From Candidatus Dormiibacterota bacterium (GTDB lineage: Bacteria > Chloroflexota > Dormibacteria > Aeolococcales > Bog-877), in the NCBI GenBank assembly GCA_027339635.1, contig DAHWNZ010000003.1, positions 27,092-91,091 on the forward strand: a DNA stretch of 64,000 nt. The letters run 5' to 3'. Below, piece by piece: positions 1 through 9,580 of this stretch. The notes under the pieces are model-generated. The model did no database searches. It saw nothing but the letters and a program-made list of their open reading frames with translations, and was not told where the DNA came from. The translations under genes were made by a program, and so were the position numbers. Position 1 is the first letter of the stretch. The number at the start of each line of letters is the position of its first letter.

Positions 1-1679
1 GCGATCTCGATGACGCGGGGCGGGGGCACCTGACCCAGGCGCGGATGATTCCAGCGCAGCAGCGCCTCGACTCCGGTGAAGCGCCCCTCCATCAGGTGCC
101 AGATGGGCTGGTAGGCAAGGCCGAGGCCCGAGGTGTGAGGGGCTTCGAGGGCCGCCTCCAGCTCAGCGCCGAGGTGGAGGTCCGCCAGGGCTGTGTTGTG
201 AAGCTCGGCTTCGAACATCCTCCAGGAGTTGCCTCCGGCGCGCTTGGCCGCGTACATGGCGGAGTCCGCTTCTCTGAGCAGGCTGTCCGGGGTGGAGTCG
301 GGCCGACAGACGGTGAGGCCCAGGCTCGCGGAGATCCGCAGCGCCTGCCCGCCGATCTCGACAGGCTCTGCGAAAGCGCTGAGCATGCGGGCGGCGACCC
401 CGGGGCAGGCCAACTCCGAAATGGGCTCGATTACGGCCACCAGCTCGTCTCCTCCGTAGCGGGCCAGCAGATCCGAGGGGCGGACCAGAGCCCGCAGGCG
501 CCGAGTCGCGACCCGCAGGAGCTCGTCCCCCGCGTCATGGCCGAGGGCGTCGTTGACCACCTTGGTTCCGTCGAGGTCGATGAACAGGACCGCAAGCACC
601 CCGGCGCCGTGCCCGTCCGTGGTCGCCTCTGAGAGGCGCTGCTGCAGGCGCACACGGTTGGGCAGGCCGGTCAGGTCGTCGTGCTCGCTCTGGTGCCGCA
701 GGCGCGCTTCGAAGTGGGCCCGGTCGGTCACATCACGCGCCGTCACCACCGAGCCCGGGGTGTCCGAGACGCCCCCCTCGAAGCTGTGGCGGCTGAGGGC
801 CACCACCCGCGGCGGGGAGCCTTGGGGCAGGCGAACCGTCAGCTCCATCTGATCTCCGCGCCAGGCGGGGCGGGACCGTCGCCGACCCCGTCGGCCCCCT
901 GCCGTTAGCAGGAGGTCGTCGATCGAGGTGCCCAGCAGTCCGGCGGGGAGCTGGCCGAAGAGTCCCGCGAACGCACGATTGGCGTAGCGGAGATCTCCTT
1001 CGTGGTCGACCAGAGCCACCCCCTCGTGGACAGTCTCCACGATGTCCGAAAGAAGGTTGGCCCGGTCCTGTTCCAGGCGCTGACGGACCAGGCTCTGGCT
1101 GAGCGAGAGCTCGCGAGCCCTCGCCATGATCGCCGAGGCCGCCACCTCTCCCAGCAGGCGGAGCAGGTGCAGGCTGTGGCCAGAAAACCGTCCCGGCGAG
1201 CGGTGAAGGGCACCAAGCACCCCGAGGCAGGACCCGCTTATGGGATCCAGGATCGGGACCGCGACCGCGGATTCGCTGCCCCTGGGGGTCGTGACTGAGT
1301 GCAGGGCCTCTCTGGGCCGCACCAGACCGTCGCTCAAATTGGAGACCAGCACCTGCCGACGGTTCATCGCCACCCAGCCGCCAAGTCCGGATTGCAGGGA
1401 GCGGACGGTACCCACTGGCATGTTGGAGCGTCCGCTGGTGGCGGCAACCTCAGAGTCACCGCCTCCCCCCGTCACCAACAGGAGTCGGGCCGCGTCCGCG
1501 GCCGTGACCGCGCGGGCCGAGTCGACGATGGCCTGCAGGAGCCGTCTGGCGTCGGACGCCACGCTCGGGGCTCCGCCTGGGGCGGCTTCCTTGCCAGCGG
1601 GGCCAGCCGCGTCCCGAGCCACCTTCTCGCCCACGGTGCCAAGGGTATTGGCCCAATGGCATGGCGGGGTCCCGGTCAC
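1..1679 (-). CDS. GAF-PAS-GGDEF-EAL c-di-GMP signalling protein (C-terminus runs off the window start)
   Basis: Absent from the ORF track because it has no stop inside the window. My hand translation of the minus strand is open from ~1740 down to 1. It reads a GAF-like segment (LLLVTGGGGDSEVAATSGRSNMPVGTVRSLQSGLGGWVAMNRRQVLVSNL), a PAS end plus linker (ARDVTDRAHFEARLRHQSEHDDLTGLPNR), a GGDEF core (VLAVLFIDLDGTKVVNDALGHDAGDELLR .. RPSDLLARYGGDELVAV) and the start of an EAL domain (YQPIWHLMEGRFTGVEALLRWNHP). The start codon is uncertain (GTG 1679, 1634 or 1622; TTG 1700). Confidence 0.85.
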   Translation of the reverse strand, partial: MTGTPPCHWANTLGTVGEKVARDAAGPAGKEAAPGGAPSVASDARRLLQAIVDSARAVTAADAARLLLVTGGGGDSEVAATSGRSNMPVGTVRSLQSGLGGWVAMNRRQVLVSNLSDGLVRPREALHSVTTPRGSESAVAVPILDPISGSCLGVLGALHRSPGRFSGHSLHLLRLLGEVAASAIMARARELSLSQSLVRQRLEQDRANLLSDIVETVHEGVALVDHEGDLRYANRAFAGLFGQLPAGLLGTSIDDLLLTAGGRRGRRRSRPAWRGDQMELTVRLPQGSPPRVVALSRHSFEGGVSDTPGSVVTARDVTDRAHFEARLRHQSEHDDLTGLPNRVRLQQRLSEATTDGHGAGVLAVLFIDLDGTKVVNDALGHDAGDELLRVATRRLRALVRPSDLLARYGGDELVAVIEPISELACPGVAARMLSAFAEPVEIGGQALRISASLGLTVCRPDSTPDSLLREADSAMYAAKRAGGNSWRMFEAELHNTALADLHLGAELEAALEAPHTSGLGLAYQPIWHLMEGRFTGVEALLRWNHPRLGQVPPPRVIEI

Positions 1680-1726
1680 CGCTTTGCGACACCTCTGCAA
1701 AGCTCTGGGTGAAGTCTCTCCCAGGG

Positions 1727-2635
1727 CTACGACTTCGCCTGCAGAGTCCCTCCCAGCACGCTGCGGAACCGGATGTCGTGGTAGATCTTGGCGGTCAGCG
1801 GGCGGCGGCCACGGCCAGCCTTAAGGAAGGCGAAGGCTGCCACGACCGCTCCCAGGGGTGGACCGACGAAATACACCCACAGCAGGTGGTAGTCGCCCAC
1901 CACCACCGCCGGTCCCAGGCTGCGAGCCGGGTTCAGGCTGCAGTCGGTGTAGGGGGCGCCCTGCCAGACGAGAAGCGCGATCACGATCCAGAGCACCACA
2001 GGGGTGTACCGAGCTGACCTGGACCAGGACGTGCATCCGAAGATGGCGACCACCAGGATCCCGGTCATGAGGGCCTCGATGCCAACTGCCGCCGGGGGCG
2101 AGACTCCGTGCTGGGGCAGTGTCAATCCGTCCTGGACCGAGGCGGCGACGCCGCCCCACAGGAGGTGCAGCACCAGGTCTCCCAGGACAGCTCCCGTGAA
2201 CTGTCCCAGCCAGTAGCCCAGGAGGTCCCATCGGGAGATGTGCCCGCCGACCCAGAAGGCCAGGGTGACGCTGGGGTTGACGTGGGCGCCGCTCAGGCGT
2301 CCGAAGCGGGTGATCGCGACCAGGCTGCCACAGCCCGCGAAGAGCAACCCTGTGAGGAGCAGGCGCAGGCTGGTGGAGGGGATGAGAGAGGGCATCGGAG
2401 CCCCCCTGCCGAAGTCCAGACACACGGCGCTGAGGCCCCCAAGGACCAGCAAAAAAGTGCCCAGGCACTCAGCTCCCCACTCGGGCAGGTGCCAGCCCTG
2501 GGCCGGCGGCCGTTGCAGCGATGGGGCCTGGGCGCTCTGCCAGACCGACCTGAGCCAGCGGCCGGCCCCGTCCCCCATGAGGGTCACGGTGGCCCGAGGG
2601 GGGCGGGATGGGAGAAGATGGGCGAATGCTCCCAA
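1727..2635 (-). CDS. MIP/aquaporin-family channel
   Basis: 302-aa ORF with the two MIP boxes GAHVNPSVTLA (an NPS variant of box 1) and CSLNPARSLGP (NPA box 2), plus about six hydrophobic spans. The longest ORF overlaps the divergent 2608 ORF. ATG at 2576-2578 (MGDGAG..) is a more likely start. Confidence 0.85.
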   Translation of the reverse strand: MGAFAHLLPSRPPRATVTLMGDGAGRWLRSVWQSAQAPSLQRPPAQGWHLPEWGAECLGTFLLVLGGLSAVCLDFGRGAPMPSLIPSTSLRLLLTGLLFAGCGSLVAITRFGRLSGAHVNPSVTLAFWVGGHISRWDLLGYWLGQFTGAVLGDLVLHLLWGGVAASVQDGLTLPQHGVSPPAAVGIEALMTGILVVAIFGCTSWSRSARYTPVVLWIVIALLVWQGAPYTDCSLNPARSLGPAVVVGDYHLLWVYFVGPPLGAVVAAFAFLKAGRGRRPLTAKIYHDIRFRSVLGGTLQAKS

Positions 2636-4230
2636 AGGATGCGGACGAGAACGGCGGCGCGATGCCCGCGGGCAGGGTGGTGCGGGAGCCCGGCGCCAAC
2701 GAGCGCCTGATCAACCATCTACGCAAGCGCCGCCATGACGTAGTCCATCGCGGGGGCGAGCCGGAGCGCTCGCAGCGGCGCAAGGGGCGGCTGACCGCGA
2801 GAGAGCGCATTCGCCGCCTGCTGGACCCGGACAGCTTCACCGAGCTCGACGCCTTCGTGGTGCACCGCTCGGAGCAGTTCGACATGGCGGACCGACGGGT
2901 GCCGGGAGATGGGGTGGTCACCGGGTTCGGGAGGATAGCCGGGCGCCAGGTGTTTGTTTTCTCGCACGACGCTTCCTTCATGGGGGGGTCGTTGGGAGAG
3001 GCGTTCGCCGAGAAGGTGGTCAAGGTCATGGACATGGCGGAGCGCACCGGGTCTCCCCTGATTGGCATCAACGATAGCGCCGGAGCAAGGATCCAGGAGG
3101 GCGTGGTCTCGCTGGCGGGCTATGCGGACATCTTCTACCGCAACGTGAGGTGCAGCGGGGTGGTTCCCCAGCTCTCGGTGATCGCCGGACCCTGCACCGG
3201 GGGCGCGGTCTACTCGCCCGCGATCACCGACTTCACCTTCATGGTGCGGCGGGTGGGCTACATGTTCATCACCGGGCCCGAGGTGGTCAAGGTGACCACG
3301 GGTGAGGATGTCGACTTCGAGCAGCTGGGGGGAGCCGACGTCCACTCCCAGCGCAGCGGGGTCGCTCACTTCGAAGCGGGGACGGAGGACGAGGCCTTCC
3401 AGCAGGTGCGCGAGCTGTTGGCCTTCCTGCCCCAGAATTCCGGCGAGGGCCCGCCCCTCTTGGCGACCGAGGATCCCCCGGACCGGTCGGATCAGGAGCT
3501 ACAGGAGCTTATCCCGGAGAGTCACCGGGAGCCCTACGACATGCGTGAGGTGGTCCACCGGGTGGTCGACGACGGGGCGTTCCTGGAGGTGCAGCCCCTA
3601 TTCGCGCCCAACCTGGTCGTGGGCTTCGCCCACCTCGACGGGGTGAGCGTCGGGGTGGTGGCCAACCAGCCCAAGCACCTGGCCGGGGCCCTCGACATTG
3701 GCGCATCTGTCAAGGGGGCGCGCTTCGTGCGCTTCTGCGACGCGTTCAACATCCCGCTTGTGACCTTCGTCGATGTGCCAGGCTTCCTGCCCGGCACCGA
3801 TCAGGAGTACGGAGGGATCATCCGCCACGGGGCTAAGCTCCTCTACGCCTATGCGGAGGCGACGGTACCCAAGCTGACGGTGATAACCCGCAAGGCGTAC
3901 GGGGGCGCCTACGACGTCATGTGCAGCAAGCATCTGGGGGCCGACTACAATGCGGCCTGGCCGACCGCCGAGATCGCGGTCATGGGCGCCGAGGGGGCGG
4001 TCCGCTTCCTGCGCCGGCAGGACAGCCGGTCCCGGCCCAGATCCGAGGCGGAGCTGATAGCCGACTACCGGGAGCAGTTCGCCAACCCGTACCACGCGGC
4101 CGAGCGAGGCTATGTCGACGACATCATCGAGCCGCGCCAGACCCGCCCAAGTCTGATCAGGGCACTGCACATGGCAAGGACCAAGCAGGTGCAGGGGCCC
4201 AGGCGCCGCCACGGGAACATCCCCCTCTGA
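2608..4230 (+). CDS. acyl-CoA carboxylase carboxyltransferase beta subunit (propionyl-CoA carboxylase beta / AccD5-like)
   Basis: 540-aa ORF with carboxyltransferase signatures GRLTARERIRRLLDPDSFTELD, GGSLGEAFAEKVVKVMD and PLVTFVDVPGFLPGTDQEYGGIIRHGAKLLYAY. Alternative in-frame ATG starts lie at 2626 and 2662. Confidence 0.9.
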   Translation: MGEDGRMLPKDADENGGAMPAGRVVREPGANERLINHLRKRRHDVVHRGGEPERSQRRKGRLTARERIRRLLDPDSFTELDAFVVHRSEQFDMADRRVPGDGVVTGFGRIAGRQVFVFSHDASFMGGSLGEAFAEKVVKVMDMAERTGSPLIGINDSAGARIQEGVVSLAGYADIFYRNVRCSGVVPQLSVIAGPCTGGAVYSPAITDFTFMVRRVGYMFITGPEVVKVTTGEDVDFEQLGGADVHSQRSGVAHFEAGTEDEAFQQVRELLAFLPQNSGEGPPLLATEDPPDRSDQELQELIPESHREPYDMREVVHRVVDDGAFLEVQPLFAPNLVVGFAHLDGVSVGVVANQPKHLAGALDIGASVKGARFVRFCDAFNIPLVTFVDVPGFLPGTDQEYGGIIRHGAKLLYAYAEATVPKLTVITRKAYGGAYDVMCSKHLGADYNAAWPTAEIAVMGAEGAVRFLRRQDSRSRPRSEAELIADYREQFANPYHAAERGYVDDIIEPRQTRPSLIRALHMARTKQVQGPRRRHGNIPL

Positions 4231-4315
4231 GAGGGGGCGGGGGCGGGCGGCGCGCGAGCCATAAACTCTACTGGTCACAGATATGGCCGGTCCAGCCGGC
4301 CCACAGGAGGTGCCA

Positions 4316-5500
4316 GTGAAGCTCCTGGAGCACCAAGCTAAGTCTCAGTTTCGGCAGGTCGGGATCGCCTGCCCCATGGGCCGAGTCGCCCACTCCCCTG
4401 AGGAGGCCGCCAGCGCCGCTCGCGAGTTTGGTCGCGTGGTGGTGAAGGCCCAGGTCCCCATCGGGGGAAGGGGCAAGGCCGGTGGGGTCAAGCTGGCGGC
4501 GGGCGAGCAGGAGGCGCGCCAGGCGGCAGCCCAGATCCTGGGAATGGAGATCAGGGGGTTCACGGTACCCGCCGTCCTCTGCGAAGAGGCGCTTGAGATC
4601 TCCCAGGAGCTCTACCTGGGGGTGGCGCTGGACCGGGATCGGCGCAGCCTGGTGGTGATGCTCTCCTTCGCCGGTGGGATGGAGATCGAGGAGGTCGCCG
4701 AGACCTCGCCCGAGAAGATAGCCAAGCTGTGGCCGGACCCATTTCGTGGACCTCTCGCTTACGAGGTGAGGCAGCTGGCTCTCGACGCCCTGGCGGCGGT
4801 GGGCGGCGAGTCTCGCCTGCCCAAGGCGAAGCTTCTGGCCCAGCTGGTGCCTCTGGTCCAGAGCCTCTATGGACTCTGCCAGCGTCTGGACGCGACCTTG
4901 TGCGAGATCAACCCGCTGGTGGTGACACGAGAGCAGGTTCTGATCGCGGGCGACGGTAAGGTCGAGATCGATCAGAATGCCGAATTTCGCCACCACGATC
5001 TCGTTAAGGAACTCGGCGCAGACCAGGACGCGGCCTCCAGCGGGGACGACCCCCTGGAGGTGGAGGCCAAGCGCCGAGGGCTCACCTACGTCCACCTCGG
5101 GGGGGACATCGGGGTGGTTGGCAACGGGGCGGGCCTCGTGATGAACACCCTGGACCTGGTCAAGCAGCACGGCGGTGAGCCCGCCAATTTCCTGGACATC
5201 GGCGGAGGCGCCAAGGCGGAGGTGGTGCGCAACGCGCTGGAGATGGTCTTGCTGGACCCGGCCGTGCGAGGGATATTCGTCAACATCTTCGGGGGCATAA
5301 CCCGCGGGGACGAGGTCGCCAACGGGGTGATCGCGGCCCGCGACCAGCTCGGCATCACCCTTCCCCTGGTGGTCCGCATGACGGGAACCAGGGAGGAGGA
5401 GGGCCGCCGGATATTGGAGGCGGCGGGGATCGTGCCCGCGGTGTCCGCCCCCGAGGCAGCCCAGAAGATAGTCGACCTGGTCAAGGAGGGGAGCCGATGA
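4316..5500 (+). CDS. sucC: succinate--CoA ligase (ADP/GDP-forming) beta subunit
   Basis: Motifs [31 protein letters not shown] and [13 protein letters not shown]. The GTG at 4316 is preceded by AGGAGG 5 nt upstream; the ORF track start at 4283 is probably over-extended. The stop overlaps the sucD start (ATGA, 5497-5500). Confidence 0.9.
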   Translation: MKLLEHQAKSQFRQVGIACPMGRVAHSPEEAASAAREFGRVVVKAQVPIGGRGKAGGVKLAAGEQEARQAAAQILGMEIRGFTVPAVLCEEALEISQELYLGVALDRDRRSLVVMLSFAGGMEIEEVAETSPEKIAKLWPDPFRGPLAYEVRQLALDALAAVGGESRLPKAKLLAQLVPLVQSLYGLCQRLDATLCEINPLVVTREQVLIAGDGKVEIDQNAEFRHHDLVKELGADQDAASSGDDPLEVEAKRRGLTYVHLGGDIGVVGNGAGLVMNTLDLVKQHGGEPANFLDIGGGAKAEVVRNALEMVLLDPAVRGIFVNIFGGITRGDEVANGVIAARDQLGITLPLVVRMTGTREEEGRRILEAAGIVPAVSAPEAAQKIVDLVKEGSR

Positions 5501-6384
5501 GCATCCTGTTGAACCGTGAGTCGAGGGTGGTCGTCCAGGGGATGACCGGCAGCGAAGGCAGCTTTCACACGCAGCAGATGCTCGATTTCGGCACCAAGGT
5601 GGTGGGCGGTGTGTCCCCGGGCAAGGGCGGCAGTAGGCATCTGGGGCTGCCGGTCTTCGACAGCGTGGCCGAGGCGGTCGGTGCCACTGGTGCCAATGTC
5701 TCGGCGGTCTTCGTGCCGCCCGCCTTTGCGGCCGACGCCATCATGGAGTCCGGCGCCGCCAAGGTGGAGCTGGTCGTCTGCATCACCGAGCTCATACCGG
5801 TCAACGACATGATCCGCGCCAGGGCCATGCTCCAGACCCTTGGCACCCGGCTGGTCGGACCCAACTGCCCCGGGCTGATGTCGCCGGGCGAGAACGCCAA
5901 GGTCGGCATCATCCCCAACCAGAACGGCAAGCCAGGGCCGGTCGGTATCGTCTCTCGGTCGGGGACTCTGACCTACGAGATCATGCAGGCCCTGGGACGC
6001 TCTGGCTACGGGCAGTCGACCGCGGTCGGGATCGGCGGGGACCCCGTCCTGGGGCTCAGCTTCTCCGATGTCCTGGAGCTGTTCGCCGAAGATCCCAAGA
6101 CCGAGCTGGTGGTGATGGCAGGAGAGATCGGCGGTGCCGACGAGGAGCGGGCCGCGGATCTCATCGGGCGCGGCTATCCCAAGCCGGTCGTGGGGTTCAT
6201 CTCCGGTAGGACGGCGCCACCCGGCAAGCGCATGGGCCATGCTGGGGCGATCATCAGTGGCAACACCGGTTCTGCCCGCTCGAAGGTGGACGCGCTGGAA
6301 GCGGCCGGGGTCCGGGTGGCCGACACGATCGAGCAGATAGTCGACCTGGTGGCGCAGAGGCTCGGCGGAGAGCGGGAGGCCTGA
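5497..6384 (+). CDS. sucD: succinate--CoA ligase alpha subunit
   Basis: 295 aa with [44 protein letters not shown] and the phosphohistidine loop RMGHAGAII. Confidence 0.93.
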   Translation: MSILLNRESRVVVQGMTGSEGSFHTQQMLDFGTKVVGGVSPGKGGSRHLGLPVFDSVAEAVGATGANVSAVFVPPAFAADAIMESGAAKVELVVCITELIPVNDMIRARAMLQTLGTRLVGPNCPGLMSPGENAKVGIIPNQNGKPGPVGIVSRSGTLTYEIMQALGRSGYGQSTAVGIGGDPVLGLSFSDVLELFAEDPKTELVVMAGEIGGADEERAADLIGRGYPKPVVGFISGRTAPPGKRMGHAGAIISGNTGSARSKVDALEAAGVRVADTIEQIVDLVAQRLGGEREA

Positions 6385-6389
6385 GCGAG

Positions 6390-7586
6390 GTGGGGCTCTC
6401 CTTCGAGCTGACCGACGAGCAGGAGGCGATCAGGCAGACCACCAGGGAGTTTGCCGATCAGGTGGTCGTCCCCAGGGCGGCCGAGTTCGACCGGGAGTCC
6501 AGGTTCCCCTACCCCCTGGTCGAGAAGATGGGCGAACTTGGGCTCTTCGGCCTGCCCTACCCCGAGTCGGTGGGTGGCGCCGGAGGGGACTTCATCAGCT
6601 ATCTGCTGGCTCTGGAGGAGATCTCCCGGGCCGACGCCGCCCTCGGAATAACCCTTGAGGCTGCGGTCTCCCTGGGAGCGGCTCCGATATTCAACTTCGG
6701 GACCGAAGAGCAGAAGGCGCGGCTGCTGCCGCCCCTCTGTTCCGGGCGCTCCCTGTGGGCCTTCGGGCTGACCGAGCCCGAGGCCGGCTCGGACGCCGGG
6801 GGCACGAGAACCAGAGCGGTCAGGGACGGGGCGCACTTCGTCATCGACGGGACCAAGTGCTTCATCACCAATGCCGGAACCGAGATCAGTGGCGGAGTCA
6901 CGATCACCGCGGTCACCGGCACCGCGAGCGGTCGCAACCAGATAAGCGCCATCCTGGTAGACCGTGGGACCGAGGGTTACACCCTGGCCCCTCCCTACCG
7001 CAAGCTGGGCTGGCACGCCAGCGACACCCGGGAACTGAACTTCAACGCCTGTCGTGTTCCGGAGGAGAATCTCCTCGGGGCGGAGGGGGGCGGATTCGGC
7101 CAGTTCCTGAAGATTCTGGAGGCGGGCCGGGTGGCGATCGCCGCTCTCTCGGTTGGGGTAGCCCAGGCCTGCCTTGATGCGTGTCTCGGATACGCTCAGC
7201 AGCGCCGCCAGTTCGGTCGCACTCTCAGCCGCTTCCAGGCGACCCAGATGAAGCTCGCCGACATGGCGACCCAGATTGAGCTCTCGAGGCTGATGGTGTG
7301 GAGGGCGGGCCTCCTGGTGGACCAGGGCCGCCCGGCCGGCCGTTTCGCAGCCATGGCCAAGCTGCACTCCTCGGAGACCGCGACCTGGTGTGCCAACCAG
7401 GCGGTGCAGATCCACGGAGGTGCCGGCTTCATGGAAGACCTCCCCGTCGCTCGGTTCTACCGCGATGTCAAGATCAACGAGATCGGCGAGGGGACCTCGG
7501 AGGTTCAGAGGCTGGTGATCGCCTCCCATCTCCTGGGCTTCGAGGGCTCCGTGACCAGGATGCTCGACCGGCCGCCCGACGCCTGA
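6390..7586 (+). CDS. acyl-CoA dehydrogenase
   Basis: 398 aa with a GTG start 5 nt after the sucD stop. ACAD motifs GLTEPEAGSDAGGTRTRA and IGEGTSEVQRLVIASHLLG. Confidence 0.9.
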   Translation: MGLSFELTDEQEAIRQTTREFADQVVVPRAAEFDRESRFPYPLVEKMGELGLFGLPYPESVGGAGGDFISYLLALEEISRADAALGITLEAAVSLGAAPIFNFGTEEQKARLLPPLCSGRSLWAFGLTEPEAGSDAGGTRTRAVRDGAHFVIDGTKCFITNAGTEISGGVTITAVTGTASGRNQISAILVDRGTEGYTLAPPYRKLGWHASDTRELNFNACRVPEENLLGAEGGGFGQFLKILEAGRVAIAALSVGVAQACLDACLGYAQQRRQFGRTLSRFQATQMKLADMATQIELSRLMVWRAGLLVDQGRPAGRFAAMAKLHSSETATWCANQAVQIHGGAGFMEDLPVARFYRDVKINEIGEGTSEVQRLVIASHLLGFEGSVTRMLDRPPDA

Positions 7587-7628
7587 TCCCCGCCCTCCAG
7601 GGCAGCGCGGCCGGCGTAGGATTGAGGA

Positions 7629-8819
7629 ATGAACGATCTTGACCCGGTCATCGTCTCCTACGCCAGGACCCCCTTTGGAAGGCTGCGTGGCGGGCTCAGC
7701 GCGGTCCCCGCGGTGGCTCTCGGCGCCCACGCCATCAGAGCGGCCCTCGAGCGCGCGGGCGTCGGTGCGGATCAGGTGGAACAGTGCATCGTTGGTACCG
7801 TGATCACCGCCGGAATGGGGCAGGTCCCCGCTCGCCAGGCTGCGCTCAAGGCCGGGATACCTTCCAGCGTCCCCTCCCTCTCCGTCAACAAGGTGTGCGC
7901 GTCTTCTCTGAAAGCGGTCAACCTGGCGGCGATGATGATCAGGGCGGGCGACGCCGAGGTCGTGGTGGCGGGAGGGATGGAGTCGATGTCCCAGGCTCCC
8001 TTGCTGCTGCGGGACACCCGGCAGGGAGTCGCGATGGGAAATGTGACCATGTACGACTCGATGATCTTGGATGGGCTGACCTGCCCTGTGGATGACGTCC
8101 ACATGGGAGAGCACGGGAGCTCGGTGGCGGCCGAGTTCGGAGTCACGCGCGAACAGCAGGACGAGTATGCGCTGGGCTCCCAGCAACGCTACGAGCAGGC
8201 GCGTGCCGCGGGTGTCATCGCTGAGGAGATAGCCCCACTCGAGGTGGCGGCCCGTCCCAACCCGATCGCGGTCGCCGCGGACGAGCAGCCCCGACCCGAC
8301 ACCACGCTGGAGAAGCTGGCCCGGCTGAAGCCCGTCTTCGGCGGCCCAGGAGGCAGTGTCACGGCCGGCAATGCGCCAGGAATCAACGACGGCGCCGCCA
8401 TGGTCGTCCTGATGAGCAGGCGGCGCGCCAAGGACTTGGGCGTCGAGGTGCTGGCGACCTGGATGGGTTATGGCGAATCGGCCGCCGACCATCCCTATCT
8501 GGCGACGGTGCCGGCACTGGCTCTGCAGCGGGCCCTCGACCGCCGCGGCGGCCTCAGCACCTCCGATCTAAAGGCTGTGGAGATAAACGAGGCGTTCGCG
8601 TCGGTGGTGCTGACCAGTTCCAGGATGTTGGAACTGGATCTGGGGCGCGTCAACCCCAATGGGGGAGCCATCGCCATCGGCCACCCCATCGGAGCGTCTG
8701 GGGCACGGATCCTGGGGGGCCTGGTGCTGGAGCTGCGGCGCCGCGGTGGCGGCATCGGCGCCGCCACGATCTGCTCCGGGCTGGCGCAGGGTGAAGCCAC
8801 CCTGGTGGAGGTCGCCTGA
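7629..8819 (+). CDS. acetyl-CoA C-acetyltransferase (thiolase II-like)
   Basis: 396 aa with VNKVCASSLKAV (Cys nucleophile), NPNGGAIAIGHPIGASGARIL and the C-terminal CSGLAQGEA. Confidence 0.92.
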   Translation: MNDLDPVIVSYARTPFGRLRGGLSAVPAVALGAHAIRAALERAGVGADQVEQCIVGTVITAGMGQVPARQAALKAGIPSSVPSLSVNKVCASSLKAVNLAAMMIRAGDAEVVVAGGMESMSQAPLLLRDTRQGVAMGNVTMYDSMILDGLTCPVDDVHMGEHGSSVAAEFGVTREQQDEYALGSQQRYEQARAAGVIAEEIAPLEVAARPNPIAVAADEQPRPDTTLEKLARLKPVFGGPGGSVTAGNAPGINDGAAMVVLMSRRRAKDLGVEVLATWMGYGESAADHPYLATVPALALQRALDRRGGLSTSDLKAVEINEAFASVVLTSSRMLELDLGRVNPNGGAIAIGHPIGASGARILGGLVLELRRRGGGIGAATICSGLAQGEATLVEVA

Positions 8820-8864
8820 GCGGGGCCCAGGCTGGATCAACTAGCGCGCGGGGCTCTGGGAGAT

Positions 8865-9431
8865 TTGAGCCCACCTCTCCCATTGTCGGATTGTCAGCGC
8901 TATCATCTGCGCGTGCTTAAAGTTGGGGCGGGTGCCCAGCGAGAGCTGGTGGATGCCGTTGGGGCACGGGACTACTTCACGGCAGTTGGCGTCACCATGC
9001 TCCTGGAAGCAGCTGGGTTGGCGATAGCGATCGCATCCTGGCTTCACCCCAGGTCCTATTACTGGCCCGGGACGCTGGCCATGCTGGTGATCTACGCCGC
9101 TCCGATGCTCTGGCTCTACTCACGGGCCCTCCGGGATCAGCTCAGGACCGCGGAGGCACCGCCCGTGCCCGTGCGCGCTCGTGCGCTCGCCTGGGCGGTG
9201 TGGCCCGCTGTCGGGCTATCCGCACTCTTCCTCGCCATCCTCGGCGTCGCGATCGCTCAGGTGATGCCGAATTTCCTCGGTTTTGTGGTGGTGCAGTGGA
9301 TGGTCTTCGGGGCCATCCTGCTCCGTGGCGCCGGATTGGTGGCGAACCGGCAACGGGCCCAGGATCTCCGAATATTGGTTGACGTCACCCATTTTCCCGC
9401 CGGGCGCACCCTCCTGATCGGCCGGCGCTGA
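8865..9431 (+). CDS. hypothetical integral membrane protein
   Basis: 188-aa ORF with about 4 hydrophobic spans (LLEAAGLAIAIASWL, TLAMLVIYAAPMLWLY, AVWPAVGLSALFLAILGVAIA, FVVVQWMVFGAILL). I recognise no family. The start is uncertain. Confidence 0.55.
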   Translation: MSPPLPLSDCQRYHLRVLKVGAGAQRELVDAVGARDYFTAVGVTMLLEAAGLAIAIASWLHPRSYYWPGTLAMLVIYAAPMLWLYSRALRDQLRTAEAPPVPVRARALAWAVWPAVGLSALFLAILGVAIAQVMPNFLGFVVVQWMVFGAILLRGAGLVANRQRAQDLRILVDVTHFPAGRTLLIGRR

Positions 9432-9580
9432 CGGCGGGCGGCGGCTCGCGATGGCGCCGGTTCACGATGGCCAACGGGCATCACGCTGGCCCCTTGAGGG
9501 CCTTCGGGACCCTCCCGGGGTCCCCGACCGGGCTAGAATCTGAGCGGCAGGTGCGCCAGGTTCCTTGTGGAGGTCACCGG

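Noticed and set aside
45-1824. Plus-strand ORFs at the window start (45-632, 553-852, 1240-1824 and others).
   Set aside because: They lie antisense to, or out of frame with, the clearly readable minus-strand GAF-PAS-GGDEF-EAL gene. That gene is missing from the ORF track only because it lacks a stop inside the window.
6174-8492. Very long ORFs antisense to, or frame-shifted against, well-supported genes. Examples: 6174-8492(-) 772 aa, 28583-30811(-) 742 aa, 58049-59317(+), 20410-21636(-), 44303-45628(+), 19450-20553(+), 16543-17634(-).
   Set aside because: Their translations are low-complexity Arg/Gly/Pro/Ala-rich strings with no motifs. Each lies opposite a gene with clear family signatures. 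This is the expected stop-codon-poor artefact of GC-rich DNA.
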